DNA of 62,806 nucleotides, filler included, from Chiloscyllium plagiosum (GCF_004010195.1; 4 parts of one record of this genome joined end to end with filler, not necessarily neighbours in it), one strand, 5' to 3'. Counted from the whole stretch's first letter, positions 26,194-40,300 are shown. The notes: generated by a model not told the origin, from the letters alone. Translations and numbers: made by a program.

Positions 26194-27243
26194 TGAATGG
26201 GGAAATATGATGTGAGTAGTGTGAGAGTGTGTATAGGGGCAGATGAGTGTGTGTGGGGAGTGTGTGGGTGTGTGTCTGGGGGTGTCAATGTGTGTGAGTG
26301 AGTCAGTGTGCATGATGTGTGAGGGAGCTGGTACGAGAGTGATGGTCTGTTTTCCATCGTATCAAACTGAAAAAAGCATTGCTTTTCCCTTCTGTGAAAA
26401 TAATGTGGATGACAAGCACTGAGGCTAAACTTAAACAATTCACTCCTCTTATGGAATTGTTAAAAATACCTGCAACTGCACTGGCCCGGTTCTGCCAAAC
26501 TTCATTGAAAAGCTGCCCTGCTTTGAAATGCTCGTGCAGACAGCTGTTGACTGACTGACTTAAAATGGACCAGTGATACGCAGCTTTTACAAAACTGCTG
26601 AACATCGGTCTCCTGTAGAAACCCTGCTCCAAGCATAACATTCCTTTGCAAACTGGGGCTGAGAAGGCTCCAACTGTAGAAGGGGCTGAGATGGTCAGAC
26701 AATCGGTGCATTGTCTGATTTGCATCAGGGTGCACTGATCGTCTTGGATAGGGAGGTGCTCAGGGGAACAGGATTGTGAAGTCAGTACCAGGGAAATCTA
26801 GGTGCAATGGGACTTTTTGAAACTAACTCTCCCATTGGCTATCTTCCCGAACTGTTATCTCCTTGTCCCTCTGACCTTGTCTCTGTCTTGTGCAGTTTGC
26901 AATCTGCTGAAAACGGCCGAAGAAGGAAAACGCCAGTCTGACTTTCTGAAAGATTTAGCAAGACTTTTATCATCAATGTTACCCTAATTGTTTTTACAAT
27001 CCAGGGCCTGGTGAAGTGCGGGCTGTTTCTATGAGACAGCTTTGGTTCTCAAATTCTGAAGGGTTTGACTCATGAAGAAATGAGTGTTGACCAGGTTTGC
27101 TTGCACCCTTTGGAGTTTAGATGAACGAGATGTGACCTTATTGAAATGCACGTGTTTCCGAGGAGGTTAGAGAGGGTAGCTGCTGAGATTATATTTCCCC
27201 TTGTAGAGGGGTTCAGAACGAGTGGGGACCGTTTGAAGATAAA

Positions 27244-27574
27244 TCATAGAATCCCCACCCATGTGGAAACAGGCCCTTCGGCCCAACAAGTCCACACCAA
27301 CCCTCCAAAGAGTAACCCACCCAGACTCATTCCCCGACACTATTACTCTACGTTTAACCCTGACTAATACACTTAACCTATACAACCCTGAACACGATGG
27401 GCAATTTAGCATGACCAGTTCACCAAACTTGCACGTCTCTGGATTGGGGGAGGAAACCCACACAGACACTGGGAGAATGTGCAAAATCCACACAGATATT
27501 TGTCCAAGGCAGGAATCGAACCCAGGTCCCTGGTACTGTGAGGTAGCAGTGCTAACCACTGAGCCACCGTGCTG
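27244..27574 (-). mobile_element. HE1-type V-SINE nested in a + strand CR1 fragment (about 27050-27700)
   Basis: SINE on the minus strand; CR1 3' sequence resumes after 27575. Confidence 0.8.
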
Positions 27575-30062
27575 CTAAGGTGTGGGTGAGGAGGAATTTC
27601 CCCTCTCTGAGGTTTGTGAGGCTGTGGAATTCTCTTCCCAGTGGAGGCTGTGACATTGAATATGTTCAGGGCTGAGTTCAATAGATTTCTAATCAATCAG
27701 GAGTCAGGAATTAGGCAATAGAATGGAGTTTAGATCATGACCAGCTCAACCCTGACTTCATTGAGACGCGAGATGCTGAACAGCTACGGTCATAGAGTCA
27801 TACGACGTAGAAACAGGTCCTTTGGCCCACCATGTATATGCTGACCAACTAACTACACTAATCCCGTAGCTTAAAATGGCCGGGTATTCTAAGTGCATAT
27901 CCAGATTGCACCTTAAATGTTGCGAGAGAACCAGCCTTCACCACCCACTCAGGCAACACATTTCATATTTCTACCGTCCTCTGGGTGAGGAAATACTTTC
28001 CCAGATCTCCACTCAACCACTTGCTCCTGCTACCTCCTCCTCCTAATTCTCGTGCCCTTGTGTGCCTGAATGGATTTTAAGTGTATAGTTTGTTCATTTG
28101 ATGGGCTGAAGGGCCTCCCATACCATCAGACACTGTGATTTCAAAACAAGAAATGTCAAAGCAACAATGTCACCATTGCAGAATCCCCACAGTCTACATT
28201 CTAGGGGGTTACCACTAACCAGAGACTCATCTGGACTCTTCATATTCCACCACTTCCAAATGCCCTCTAAGCCATACACCACTCTGCCTTGGAACAGTGT
28301 AGCTCTCCTTCACTGTCCCTCCCTCACAGTACTGTGGATGCACCTACACTACACGGACTGCAGTGATTCACGAAAGCACCCCACCATTACCTCCTCAGGG
28401 GCAAAACAGAATGGGCAATAAATGCTGACCCAGCCAGCAATGCCAACGTCCCTCAAGTCGCATAAAATAGGAAGAAACCCTAATGGTCAGGACATTGGTT
28501 GCCTCCCTACCACGGTGTTACAAGCTGTGTTTATGTGCTGTTCAGTCAACTTAGGCTGCAAGCTAATACTCTAGAATCTGTTTGATCCTCACCCGGATCA
28601 ATATTAATAATATTGATATTTAATAATTGGTAATTTACCTCAGGAGGAGATGGAGTGTAGGACAGTGAAGGTGCTGTGTCCCGTTACGGTAATCACGGAG
28701 ATACCCTGAATTTGACCATCATGCCAGGTGTTCACTACACCAATAAACTCCAAACAAGGCTATTCAGCCCACTGAGCCTTTTAATCAAAGAGCTACCCAC
28801 TTTCCTTCCCTTCCCCCATAACTCTGTAGGTCTTTCCTTCCCCAAGGTACTTACAGCACCCTTTCGGACGTTATTGTTGAAGCAGCTTCCATTGTTCGTT
28901 TGAGCAGAGCATTCCTGATGATGGAGGTGGATGGTGTCAGATCAATTCTCAGTGACTCAGCCCGGAGTCAGTGTCCTCTGGTGACATCCTGGAGCCAATG
29001 GTGCCACTTTCTCCTCACTTCCTTTCAACAGTTCCACTCAATCTACCCTTAACCCTCTCTGGCATCAGACCAAGAGGTTGTTAGGCCTCATAGGGAAGTA
29101 CGCCCCATGGGACAACTGGTCTCACAGAGCCTGGGCTGGCTCCAAGTAGAACTGTGTCCCTGTCACACCAACAATGTTCACGAGTGTGTGCGTACACGCA
29201 TAGGGCTGTGTGTGTGTCTGTATACACACTGTAGCCCCAGTCATTCAATATTCCCCCCCTCAGTGCCCCCATCACAACAGCCTTCAGACTCCTATGATCT
29301 TATCTTGTGACGCTAGGAGATCAACTGTGGACCTTCCACCCAGAACCTGATTCTGGCAGAGATGACTTTCCCGGGTGAATAGCTGGCTCAGCTCAGCACC
29401 TCGGGGAGCGGCCCATGGGTTGAGTCAGATGTGAAAACTTTCTGAAACAGTTGGGAAAGTGAGGGCTTGTGAGATACCAGGAGGTGTGATTGTTCCAGCC
29501 CAGTCGCACCATGCTCCCCGCCCCCCCCTCCCCCGACCATTTTACACTCAGCGATCAGAATGAGTGACTTTATTTTCTCTTGTGGCTGGATGACTATTTT
29601 GCAGAATCAGGGTAGTCAAGGGTCCGTGGGAGAAAATGGCGGCAGGGAGTGATGCTCAGTTGAAGAGCTGGAACAGACACCATGGGCCAAATGGCCTCTC
29701 CCTGCACCGTGTCAAATCTGTGATTGTGTCGCGACCTGCTGTGGTGGGAAAGTCTCCAGCTCCTTTCCATCATGCAGCCCGTTGGGAATCTGACCCACTC
29801 CTACTGCCTGTCACTGTAAGGATCTGCAGGCTGACACTCAACCTGCTTCGACCACACCTTCCTGAGCTGTCACAATCCGGAGTGGGATTGGAACCCAGGG
29901 CTTCCAGTTGAGGGTCAGGGACGCTACCCACTGGGACCAGGTGCTTTGAGAAATCACAGGGAGTTTTCAGTACTTAGGAAGTTGGTTGCAATCAAGTCTT
30001 AAAAGGGCCTTCACCGTGGATTGGAGAGGCTGCTGCAAGTCTATAGCAGGTTTTGTGGTTGG

Positions 30063-30201
30063 TGAATAGGAAGGGTTTGGAGGGATATGGGCCGGGTGCT
30101 GGCAGGTGGGACTAGATTGGATTGGGATATCTGGTCGGCATGGACGGGTTGGACCGAAGGGTCTGTTTCCATGCTGTACATCTGCATGACTCTATGACTC
30201 T
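30063..30201 (+). mobile_element. Young CR1/HER1 3' end
   Basis: Nearly identical to 2363-2495; gactctatgactct tail. Confidence 0.85.
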
Positions 30202-31334
30202 AAGTAGCATCACTTAACACTCTTCCGTTTGTTTTCATACTGTATCTCTTAGTACTGCGCGAATAAAGTGTGATTCTCTGGAAACAGGGCCCACTCAGAC
30301 CTGTACAGATGCTGGGCTATCATAAGCCTCAGTTAGTCCCACAACCAAATCCAATAGGGCCCCGTGAGCACATGGGGCAGTGACTTCCCAAACCCTGCAG
30401 AGAATCTGGGACTGGAGTGTTACAGCAGCAAGGTTAGAGTTAACTGGTAGGGTGTATTTCTATGTTGCATAACTATGCACTGACACCATTTAACTCTCCC
30501 TTTCTTCAGATAAAAGGGAACTTGTCCGTCAGCAAGTGGACACAGTAAAAGAAAAGATTGCAGTTACAACCCTATCAAAGGGTTACAGTCTGTCTGCACC
30601 CCCATAGCTGCACGCTTTACTCAATGTCTTGAACTGTTCAGTAACGGCTGTTTGAGTTGGCAAAGTTAGAGTTCTTGAAATGGGACATCTGTTGATATCC
30701 AGTTTGCCCCTCGACCGAAGCTCCTTTCCCATGGAAATTCACTTGGAGAGGTCAGAGGAGCTTTGTTCACAGGCCTGTCCCCACCTGTACAACGTGATGT
30801 GGAATTTAAAGGGAATATTGCCCCTTTCCAAGGAGCCTCATGTTCCAATGCTGTTCCAGGGCTCTCTAGAGATTGCCCTGTAACTCCAGCCAGTTGTACT
30901 CTGGCTGCTTACACTCCTCCTCTTCGTGCTTGAGAACCAGAATTAGTAACTTTAGCTTCCTTCATTGCAGAAGTCTGACACTCTGATTATTAAGTGCAAA
31001 GATGCAAAAAGAGAGCTACTTCTGCTTAATTGCACATTTGGTTTGTACACAGTGGTCCTTCTTGGGATTTGTGCCACCAATTCCTTGATTCATTTACCCC
31101 CCGGGATGTCAAGCCCAGAATTTGGTGCCCGTCCCTAACCTCCTCTTGGAAAGCTGCTGTTAAGCCGCCTTCTCGAATGGCTGCAGTCCACCGGTTCAAA
31201 TCCCACCACAGCAGGTTGTGGAATTTACATTCAATTCATAAATCTGGGATTGCAAGCTTGTCTCAATAGTGACGGTGAGGCTAACAGTCTGTTTTAAGCA
31301 CCCATCCAGTTCATTAACATCCTTTAGCAAAGAT

Positions 31335-31901
31335 GTATGTACGTGGGTTTCCTCTGGGTGTTCCGGTTCCCTCCCACAGTCCAAAGGTGTGCAGGCTAGG
31401 TGGATTGGCCACGCTAAATGGTCCATCGTGTGTAGGCATGTGCAGGATGGGTGGGTTAGCCATGGGAAATGTAGGGTTACAAGGATAGGGTAGGGGGGTG
31501 GGTTTGGGTAGGATGCTGTTCGGTGGGTCGGTGTGTACTCAATGGGCCGAATGGCCTGCGTCCACACTGTAGAGATGCAATGATTCTCTGAGACGCAGTG
31601 ATGGGCGGCACAGTGGCACAGTGGTTAGCACTGCTGCCTCACAGTGCCAGAGACCCGGGTTCAATTCCTGCCTCAGGCAACTGTCTGCGTGGAGTTTGCA
31701 CATTCTCCCCGTGTCTGTGTGGGTTTCCTCTCACAGTCCAAAAATGTGCAGGTTAGGTGAATTGGCCATGCTAAATTGCCCGTAGTGTTAGGTGAAGGGG
31801 TAAATGTAGGGGAAAGGGTCTGGGTGGGTTGCGCTTCGGTGGGCCAGTGTGGACTCATTGGGCTGAAGGGCCTGTTTCCACACTGTAAGTAATCTAATCT
31901 A
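31335..31901 (+). mobile_element. Two adjacent HE1-type V-SINEs (5'-truncated 31335-31570; near full-length 31603-31901)
   Basis: gggcggcacagtggcacagtggttagcactgctgcctcacag head, V domain, (AATCT)n tail. Confidence 0.85.
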
Positions 31902-32389
31902 AAAAAATCTACCTGCCTTACCTGATCCGGCTTGCATGTGACTCCAGGCCCTTAGTAGTGGACTTGCCTGTGAATTGCCCTTTAAAATGGATGCTGCAGG
32001 ACCCTTGGTTGTACCAAAGTGCAACAGACAAGGCCACTCTGTGGGAACCGGACTGTTCCTGACGATACCCCCCACCCCCCACCCCGGTTAACAGTGTGAT
32101 AGAGTGTTCACCAGCTGCAGGGGCACTTGGGAACCATGTAGCCAGTAGTACACTGGAAAGCCAGGCCTGTGTGGGAGCTTGTGTTCCCCTCCCGCTGCTG
32201 ACCACCCGCTTTTAAGGGACCGTGGGGTGAGCGGAATGATCGAGATTCTTCAACATCAAATTCCCCAGCAGACTGCCTCCCACTGTCCGACTACGGTGTT
32301 CTGATTAAGTCCCTGATGTGTGTGATTGATGACCATCGGGTTCCCCATCTCTTCATATTATTTCGTCCACGTGGTTTGCCAGCCTGACC

Positions 32390-32750
32390 TCATTGATATT
32401 ACTCTCCTCTTTGTGTCAGCGAGTTGTCGGTTCAAATCCCACTCTGGGCACTAAATCTAAGCTGACCCTCCCAGTGCAGTACTGAGAGAGTGATGCCCTA
32501 TCATGGGCATTGGCTTTCAGATGAAGCTTTGAATGAAGGTCTCTCCTATCCTCTTAGGTTGACTCAAGGGGTCACAAGGTACTACTTTTGATGCATATTG
32601 TCCTCAGGATTTGCCCTGTCCGGTAGGAGATTCTCTGGTCATAAGCACATTGCCAATTGTGGAATCTTGCTGTACACTAATTGATCGCTGCGTTTCCAAC
32701 AGTGGCTGTCCATCGGGCGGCTGAGGTTGTGAAATGCACTGTACAAGCGC
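32390..32750 (+). mobile_element. DeuSINE-like element
   Basis: tRNA-like head (ggttcaaatccc) then cagtgcagtactgagagagtg...ctttcagatga Deu core. Confidence 0.6.
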
Positions 32751-33187
32751 AGGGCTTTGCTTTTCCTTCATGCACTGCTAAGTCAGGTTCCCAAAAAGGG
32801 CAAACACTACACTTCTTGGGAGGTAGGGCCATGAGCGTATTGCAGAATGTTGGGAGTGGAATCCGCAGATCTGCCAGAGCTGGTTATTGCACTCTTAGGA
32901 TGGGAGGAATTCCTATTTGGATCATGCGCTGGAATTGGATCAATGGGACTGCTTTGTTTTGTGCCGGGTTGCATTTCTAACAGCTGGAAGGAGCACTCCA
33001 TCCCTCAGTGTTGGCAGTTCAGTGAGTCTAAATGCCGAGAGTGATTTTTCTCTTGAGAGTATGCATTGTTCTCTAGTTGTCTTTTACTCAGTTTGAGCAC
33101 ATTGCTCCTTTATTTCAGCCCTTAAAGAGTGGCCGTTTATCCTGGAACTGTACCCTGTATGTAGGAGCAAAAAGCCCCTCAGTGCCT

Positions 33188-33495
33188 TAGATACTCTACA
33201 GTGTGGAAACAGGCCCTTCGGCCCAACAAGTCCACACCGACCCTCCAAAGAGTAACCAACTCAGACCCATTTCCCCCACCTTATATTTACCCCTCAATAA
33301 TGCACCTAGCACTCTGGGCAATTTACCATGGCCAATTCACCCGACCTGCACATCTTTGGACCAAACCGGAGGAAACCGCAGACACGGGGAGAATGTGCAA
33401 ACTCCACACCGACAGTCGCCAGAGGCAGGGATCGAACCTGGGACCCTGGTGCTGTGAGGCAGCAGTGCTAACACCACTGAGTCACCATGCTGCCC
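33188..33495 (-). mobile_element. HE1-type V-SINE
   Basis: Reverse complement of head, V domain and tail. Confidence 0.85.
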
Positions 33496-36179
33496 AAATC
33501 TTCCCTATCAAATCCCACCCCCCCCGCCCCACATCTCATATGTCTCAATGGGATCGCCTCTCAAACTCCAAAGAGTATTAGCCCGACTCACTCAACCTGT
33601 CGCTGTCGGCCCAATCCTTTTATCCCTGTAATTTAGTGAACCTTTGCTGTATGTCCATAACAAGTCTATCCCTACCTTAGAAATGGAGATCAAAGCTTCA
33701 AACAGCTCTCCAGGTGTAGTCTCACAAAGGGCCTGTACGTAAAAGGGGAAGCTTAAAATGGGTGACTCATCTTTCAAAGTGTTGATTTGTTTAATGACAC
33801 GAGACTGTCAATTGTACACAAACCTGGATCCTTCTCGCACGTTTGAAAGGCACCAAAATTAGAGGGAAATCCAAGCAGTTCATTTGCATTTCTGTTCAAC
33901 TCAATGTCCTACACACATATTTTTGGAGAGGTGTATTTAATATAACTCAGGCAGTGTTTGCTGACAACTATCACTGCGGGTAACTATGCAAGCTCCACAA
34001 GTTTGGAAATGGCCATGATAAAACTTGGTACTCATGCAGAGCTTCGCATAGAAGGATAGTTGCATCTTATAATAGTCATCGAGTTGTCTCAAACTTTACA
34101 GTACTGGTGGGTCCCACCTGGTTTCTGGCCTGCACCTCAAGATAGATGTATTGGCCTTTTGGGGGGGGGGGGGTGCGGTGCAGATTTGCTGATGACTGAC
34201 CATTTACAGGGCCATGGGGAAGGTCGCCATGAAACGCAGCCTTGTTTCTGCTGTGTGCAGCAGATGAAGGGGTGTTCCAGTTGGGGCACCTGAGGTGATT
34301 TCCTCTGCTGGCAGACCTCAAAGTTAGGACCAGAATGTTCAAAGGTTGTTCAGGAAACGCTCGCTCACACCAAGAAAAAACGGAAATCCTGAACTCACCC
34401 TCAACCCCACCAGAAGGAAAGCTGTTGAGGCTGGGATTCGATTGGAAATGCCAAAACTTCCATCTGAGTAAGGAAGCGGGAGACTGTGGTAGGTACAGAG
34501 TTAAAAGGCAGAGCAGCTAACTGCGTCAAGAACACTATCGAGAGGTCAGATGGCCTATTCCTTCTCTGGTGTTACATCCACAGGGCTATTGAGCAGAGGT
34601 GAGGGGAAGAAATGGTGGAGGGCAGGTCGTTTAGCTGCCAACACTGTACTGGGTGGTGAGCAATGCCATTCCCTTAACCTGGGTAACGCTCAGTTTTACA
34701 CTGTTACAGACAGCTTGCCCTCGGCTTGTTCTGATTGTGATTATCTGTAACGTAACCAGGGCTGGGGGAAGGCTATGGATTTTCAGAGAATTACATCTTC
34801 ATTTCCCTGATCTCCACCAACCCCCCCACTCCCATCCCCACCCCATGCCATTTTGTGAGAGTGCACTGATTTGAACTTGTACCAATGGTCCATTCACCCG
34901 GTGGTACTCATCCTCACCATCTATTGCCACAAACGTCCTCACTTTAGGGTAAACCTGGGATTCAGATTCAAAGGTAATGGCATTATTTCAGGTCTTCTTC
35001 ACGGTCTCATCCGTCGATGAATTCACCTTTTTGCCTTATGCCTGCTGAAAGAAACTAGTCAAATCATTAGATTCATAGCTGAATGCAGACCAACTTTTGT
35101 GATGTTTAGCAGCACTCGAGCCTGTCTGGATAGTGTGGCACCTCAAGTGAGAGCAGTGAGGATTTGAGACTGCACTGAATGCCTGGAGAATCTCATCCAG
35201 CCAGTGAGGGGTTAATGGCATGCAGGTTGCTTTTGGAGAATGTCTTGAATTGAACCTCATGACTTTGAGACTGGGCCTCCTGAGTGACTGAGTGGAACCC
35301 CTGGACCATAGCACAGCCGCTCAGTTGTTGCTAATGAAGGGATTATTGTCAACGAGTTTAGTCCCCTGGACTTGTTCAGTATTCATTAACATGATCATGC
35401 ACCGATTCCTTTCTTCAGACTCCTTCGCCAAAAAATTGGGTCTTGAATTTACAATGTAACAATCGCTGAAGTACTGGAGAGATTTGTCTCTCTCAGTATA
35501 TCAGTCCCTCCAACTTTAGAAACCCCGTGTTTAAAATCAAAACACCTCTGACACCGAGAGTGCAACTTGTTTCATTTTTATGCTTTACTTCTCACTCCTG
35601 CTGCTCTTGCTTGATGCAATACCTTCCCGGCAGCTGTAACACTGTACCCTGCAGTCTGTTCTGTTACCCTGATGCACTTGTGTAGTACAATCTGCCTGTA
35701 AAACGCGTAAGACAACACCTTTCACTGTACCTGGGTAGCTGTGACAGTAATAAGTCAAATCAGATCAAATGTCTTGCACCCGAAGGTGGTGGAGGAGTGG
35801 GGAGTGAGGGTTAAGGTGTCCTGGTGAAATTATACGCAGCATGAGTACATACCACAAAAAGCTGCATTTTCTACATGATTACAGGAATATTGAAATGTAA
35901 TGGCATTAAATCAGCTGCAGTGTGTACATGCATTTCCCTGAATGATTTTGTGTGTGTGTTAAGCGAGAATTCTATATCTGAGGGATATAGTTGTGTGTTT
36001 ACATGTACTAATGGACCTTCCCTCTCTCTTTCTCAATATCACACCCAGAAAGGGTATTGGTGACCATGGATCTCCGTGCTGCCCCATGGTTATGATAGAG
36101 GCGAAATTGCAGTGGTTTGCCATTTCTGCTCTTACTGCCTACCACTGGCATGTAATTGTAGGATTTACATGTCGATGCA

Positions 36180-36657
36180 AAGAACAAAGAAACAAAGAAA
36201 ATTTACAGCCCAGGAACAGGCCCTTCGGCCCTCCAAGCCTGAGCCGATCCAAATGTGCTGACTAAACCTGTTGGTCAATTCCTAAGCATCTGTATCTCTC
36301 TGTTTCCCACCTACTCATGCATCTGTCCAGACGCATCTTAAATGAATCTACCATGCCTGCCTCTACCACCTCTGCTGGCAACGCGTTCCAACCGCCCACC
36401 ACCCTCTGTGTGAAGTACTTGCCGCATGTATCCCCCTTAAACTTTCCACCTCTCACCTTGAAAGCGTGACCTCTCATTATTGAATCCTTCACCCTGGGAA
36501 AAAGCTTGGCACTACCCACCCTGTCTATACCCTTCATGATTTCGTAAACCTCAATCAGGTCCCACCTCAATCTCCTTTCTTCTAATTAAACCAATCCTAA
36601 GCTACTCAACCTCTCTTCATAGCTAGCACCTTCCATACCAGGCAACATCCTCGTAAA
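36180..36657 (-). mobile_element. CR1 LINE 3' fragment running into a gap
   Basis: Minus ORF 36262-36570 RWDLIEVYEIMKG...FTQRVVGGWNALPAEVV. Confidence 0.85.
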
Positions 36658-36757
36658 NNNNNNNNNNNNNNNNNNNNNNNNNNNNNNNNNNNNNNNNNNN
36701 NTTAATTAATTAANNNNNNNNNNNNNNNNNNNNNNNNNNNNNNNNNNNNNNNNNNNN
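36658..36757. other. Assembly gap (44 N + TTAATTAATTAA + 44 N)
   Basis: Directly visible; different repeat families on either side. Confidence 0.99.
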
Positions 36758-36980
36758 ACATTTACCCCTTACCTAACACTACGGGCAATTTAGCATGGCC
36801 AATTCACCTGACCTGCACATCTTTGGACTGTGGGAGGAAACCGGAGCACCCGGAGGAAACCCACGCAGACACGGGGAGAACGTGCAAACTCCACACAGTC
36901 AGTCGCCTGAGGCGGGAAGTGAACCTGGGTCTCTAGCGCTGTGAGGCAGTAGTGCTAACCACTGTGCCACCGTGCCGCCC
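36758..36980 (-). mobile_element. HE1-type V-SINE truncated by the gap
   Basis: V domain and tRNA head on the minus strand. Confidence 0.85.
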
Positions 36981-37343
36981 CCATTAGGGGGTCTATAGTA
37001 CAATCCCAATAAGGTGATCATCCCTTTCTTAGGCAGGTGTATATGGAGTTAGGCAGCAGATCAGCCATGATCTCGCTGAATGGAAAGCCAAGCTGAAGAG
37101 GCTGAAAGGTAGGACAGGCTTGAGGGGCCAAATGGCCTGCTCCTGCTCTTGTGAGAGAGAAGTAAAGGGGAAGGTGTGTGTGCCTCATGCTTGACAGTAG
37201 AGAAGCTACAAGTTGAGGCTTTTCTCTGAGGTCTGTATTCATGTGTCTTGTCCAGATATAATGGGGAATCTTTAGTAGGACTGAAGTTAGAATTGAAGTC
37301 AATGTTGAATGTAACATAATTATTAAATCTGTTTTTCCTTCAG

Positions 37344-37379
37344 GCAGTCGATGGTGTTACATTTGTGCCCGGTGCACAG
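37344..37379 (+). CDS. COL18A1: Collagen exon, 36 nt, [12 protein letters not shown], phase 0-0
   Basis: Acceptor gtttttccttcag, donor cag|gtaggc; resembles the DGSVLSVPGPE interruption of COL18A1. Confidence 0.8.
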
Positions 37380-40300
37380 GTAGGCAGCCTTTTCTTTACA
37401 TAATAAGGGACACATGACTGACAGACAGTGAGAGCTCAGCACAGTGCACTAAACTCTCCTCACACTCATCATCACTGCAAATGTCTATTGGCAAAAGGAA
37501 CCCCGAGTACACAAACTCCCTTTTGTGTGGTTTATGCTGTTTATTTAATTTCTTCTCGGCAAAAGTTATTAAACTGGAGAGGGTTCAGAAAATATTTACC
37601 TGGATAGTGCCGGGAATGGACGGTTTGAGTTTTTAAAATAGACTGGGGCTTCTCTCACTGCAGCGTCGGAGGCTGAGGGGTGACCTTATAGAGGTTTATA
37701 AAACCATGAGGGGCATGGAAAGGATAAATAGACAAGGTCTTTTCCCTGGGGTCAGGGAGACCAGAACTAGAGGGCATAGGTTTAAGGTGAGAGGGGAAGG
37801 AATTAAAAGGGACCCGGGGCGGTGGGGGGCAATGTTTTTACACAGAGTGTGTGGACTGAACTGCTCGAGGAACTGGTGGATGCGGGTACAGTTACAGCTT
37901 AAAAGACTTTTGGATAAGTACATAAGTAGGAAAGGTTTGGAGGGATATGGGCCAAATGCAGGCAATTGGGACTAGTGTACTTTGGGGACATGGTGGATGT
38001 GGACTGGTTGGAACAAAGAGTCTTGTTTCTGTGCTGTCTGACTCAATCATTCGATATGAACATCGCTGGCAAGACCGCATTTATTATCCCATCCATAATT
38101 ACCCTGATGGTGAGCTGCCTTCTTGAAGCCCTGGGGCCATTGTGGAGCAAGTCCATCCACAGTGGTGTTAAGGACAGTGGTGGGTGTCAAGGAGGGGAAC
38201 CTACAGGCTGAGTGGTGTTCCCAGTCATCCACTCCCCTTGTCCCTTTCAGCTGGTAGATGTCAAGGTACTGTGGAAGGAGCCTTGACAAAGTTGCAGCTT
38301 TTATATTTGCTTCCCAAGGTAACAAATTTCTTCCTCCCTTTCAGGGCCCAAGGGGCATTCCTGGCCAAGCTGGATTGCCGGTAAGAGAAGTCAAGTTGCG
38401 TTGTTGCAATTGTGCATGTTTATGTTGAGTTAAAGGTGCCTGGGACTGCAGGCACAAGCCTCAGATGTGGCCAACCTAATCCATCGTCATTGGACGCCAA
38501 GGTGGGTTGGCACACGCGTGGCTCACCCAACCACGCCATTGAGATGCCCACACTGGGCTCCCAGGGGTCAGTCCCAATTGGACTGACCCTCGCTGGATCA
38601 AAGTGCCGACTAGCAGGCACACGATTGGCAGCTTCCTCTGGCTGTATGTCCATAGCAGTGCCATCAACCAATCCGGGAGAGATGCAGACCGTTTGGCCAA
38701 TCATGCTGGTGCCAGCTCTTTCAGTTATCCAATGAGAGTGGGACTCGCCCACTCTTACCCCTGACTCCTGTGAATGTTTCCTCATCGGGTGTTAATCCCA
38801 CTTGAAGGTTACTGTTGCTCCCGCTCAGGAATTCTGCATCATGTCACCTCACGACAAAGCAGAGATTCTCACACTTTATTCCCCCACCTCGCGCACCACC
38901 CCCCCCACCCCCACCTCCTCTAGTTATTTTCCTGGTTGCCTTTAACCTGTGGTCCTTCTAGTTCCTGAATCCTTCTGCCAGTGAGAACAGTCTCTCCCTA
39001 TTCATGCTCTGCCAAAACCTCGAAGGATTTTGAAACGCCTCCGTCAAATCTCCCTCTAAACAAACGCATTTTCTTCTCTTCGGCCAGTCTTTGGGATAAA
39101 ATTAACAATGGCCAGAGTTTACTAGTCTGATTCGCTAGGCTGTGTAGAATGCCAGTGAAAGCAGACTGAAGGGACATCAGGGAAATGTCGGATTTTGAGC
39201 TGCACTGTTGCTTGATTCTCAGCACACGCTATCGGCCAAACACACATTGAACCAATTCACGAGGTTCATATTCGTCGTCATTTATTGCCAAATCGTTCGG
39301 TGCAGCAATCCCTGCTACAGCCTGTGGACGCAGAGAGCTGACCTTCCTCAAGGTGCCCGTCACTGCTTCCCCACCCAGCAGGGGGTGAGAGTGAGCCCGG
39401 GGTGGGGGGGGCAGATTTTGTTCATGTGCACTCACAGCTGGAACGCGGGGAACAGCAAAATAGAGGGCTCCCACAGAAAGCAGTGCAACCGTGACCGAGG
39501 GGCTTTGTTTTTTGTGATGTTGGCTGAGTGCACAGACTAAGATGCCAGGTCAAACTCCCTTCCACGCCTCCACAGTTTGTGATTGTCACATCCATCCAGG
39601 AGGACAGGCCTTTACGGGTTTAACCGCAGGGACATGAGTTGACACAGGTGCCTCCTCCAGCCAGTTCTGCCATTTGACGAGCTCATTGATGATCAGATAG
39701 TGGCTATATTCCCCACCTTGCTTCCGTTACTCTTGACTTCTCTGGGATCAAAGAGTAGGCCAAACTCCGGTCGCATCCCGTGCGGGCGGATGGCTCCTCT
39801 GACCGTGTGGCACTCCCTCGGAACAGCACTGCAATGTTGGCCTTGATGTTGTGGCTCAAGTCTCCGGGATGGGATTTGAATCCATGACCTCCTTGGCTCA
39901 GTGCAGCCAAGGCTGACAGTTGCCAGAGTCCCACTGAGCTGTGGAAGATAATAGTGGGACAATCACTGCAGTTTGTTAATCCCCTAGAATAGAAATGTCA
40001 CTGGTTGTTTTATCTCTAACATTCAATTGAGTAATTTAAGGACAGCGCAGTGGCCTTTTGAATTATTTTCATCAGTCGTTTATCTTCAAACGGGTTTTGT
40101 GTGTGTGTGTGTGTGTAACCAAACGTTACCATTTTCACGGTCTGTAACTCACTGCTCATGTACCACTCAGTTTGAACACAGTGATCACATTCTCCCCTTT
40201 CCTTTAGGGTCCCAGTGGACCGAAAGGCGAACGAGGACACCCAGGTGTCACAGGACCCACAGGGCCGAAGGTAGGCACTACAACGAAAATGGTCAAAACG

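Noticed and set aside
31603..31675. tRNA-like sequences with A and B boxes (also about 3235, 16040-16110 and 57605)
   Set aside because: They are SINE heads followed directly by SINE bodies, not tRNA genes.
34948..34973. Possible collagen micro-exon GKPGIQIQ with good splice sites
   Set aside because: It is 26 nt, breaks the Gly-X-Y register after two triplets and ends in phase 2, incompatible with the phase-0 exon at 37344 unless there is a sequencing error.
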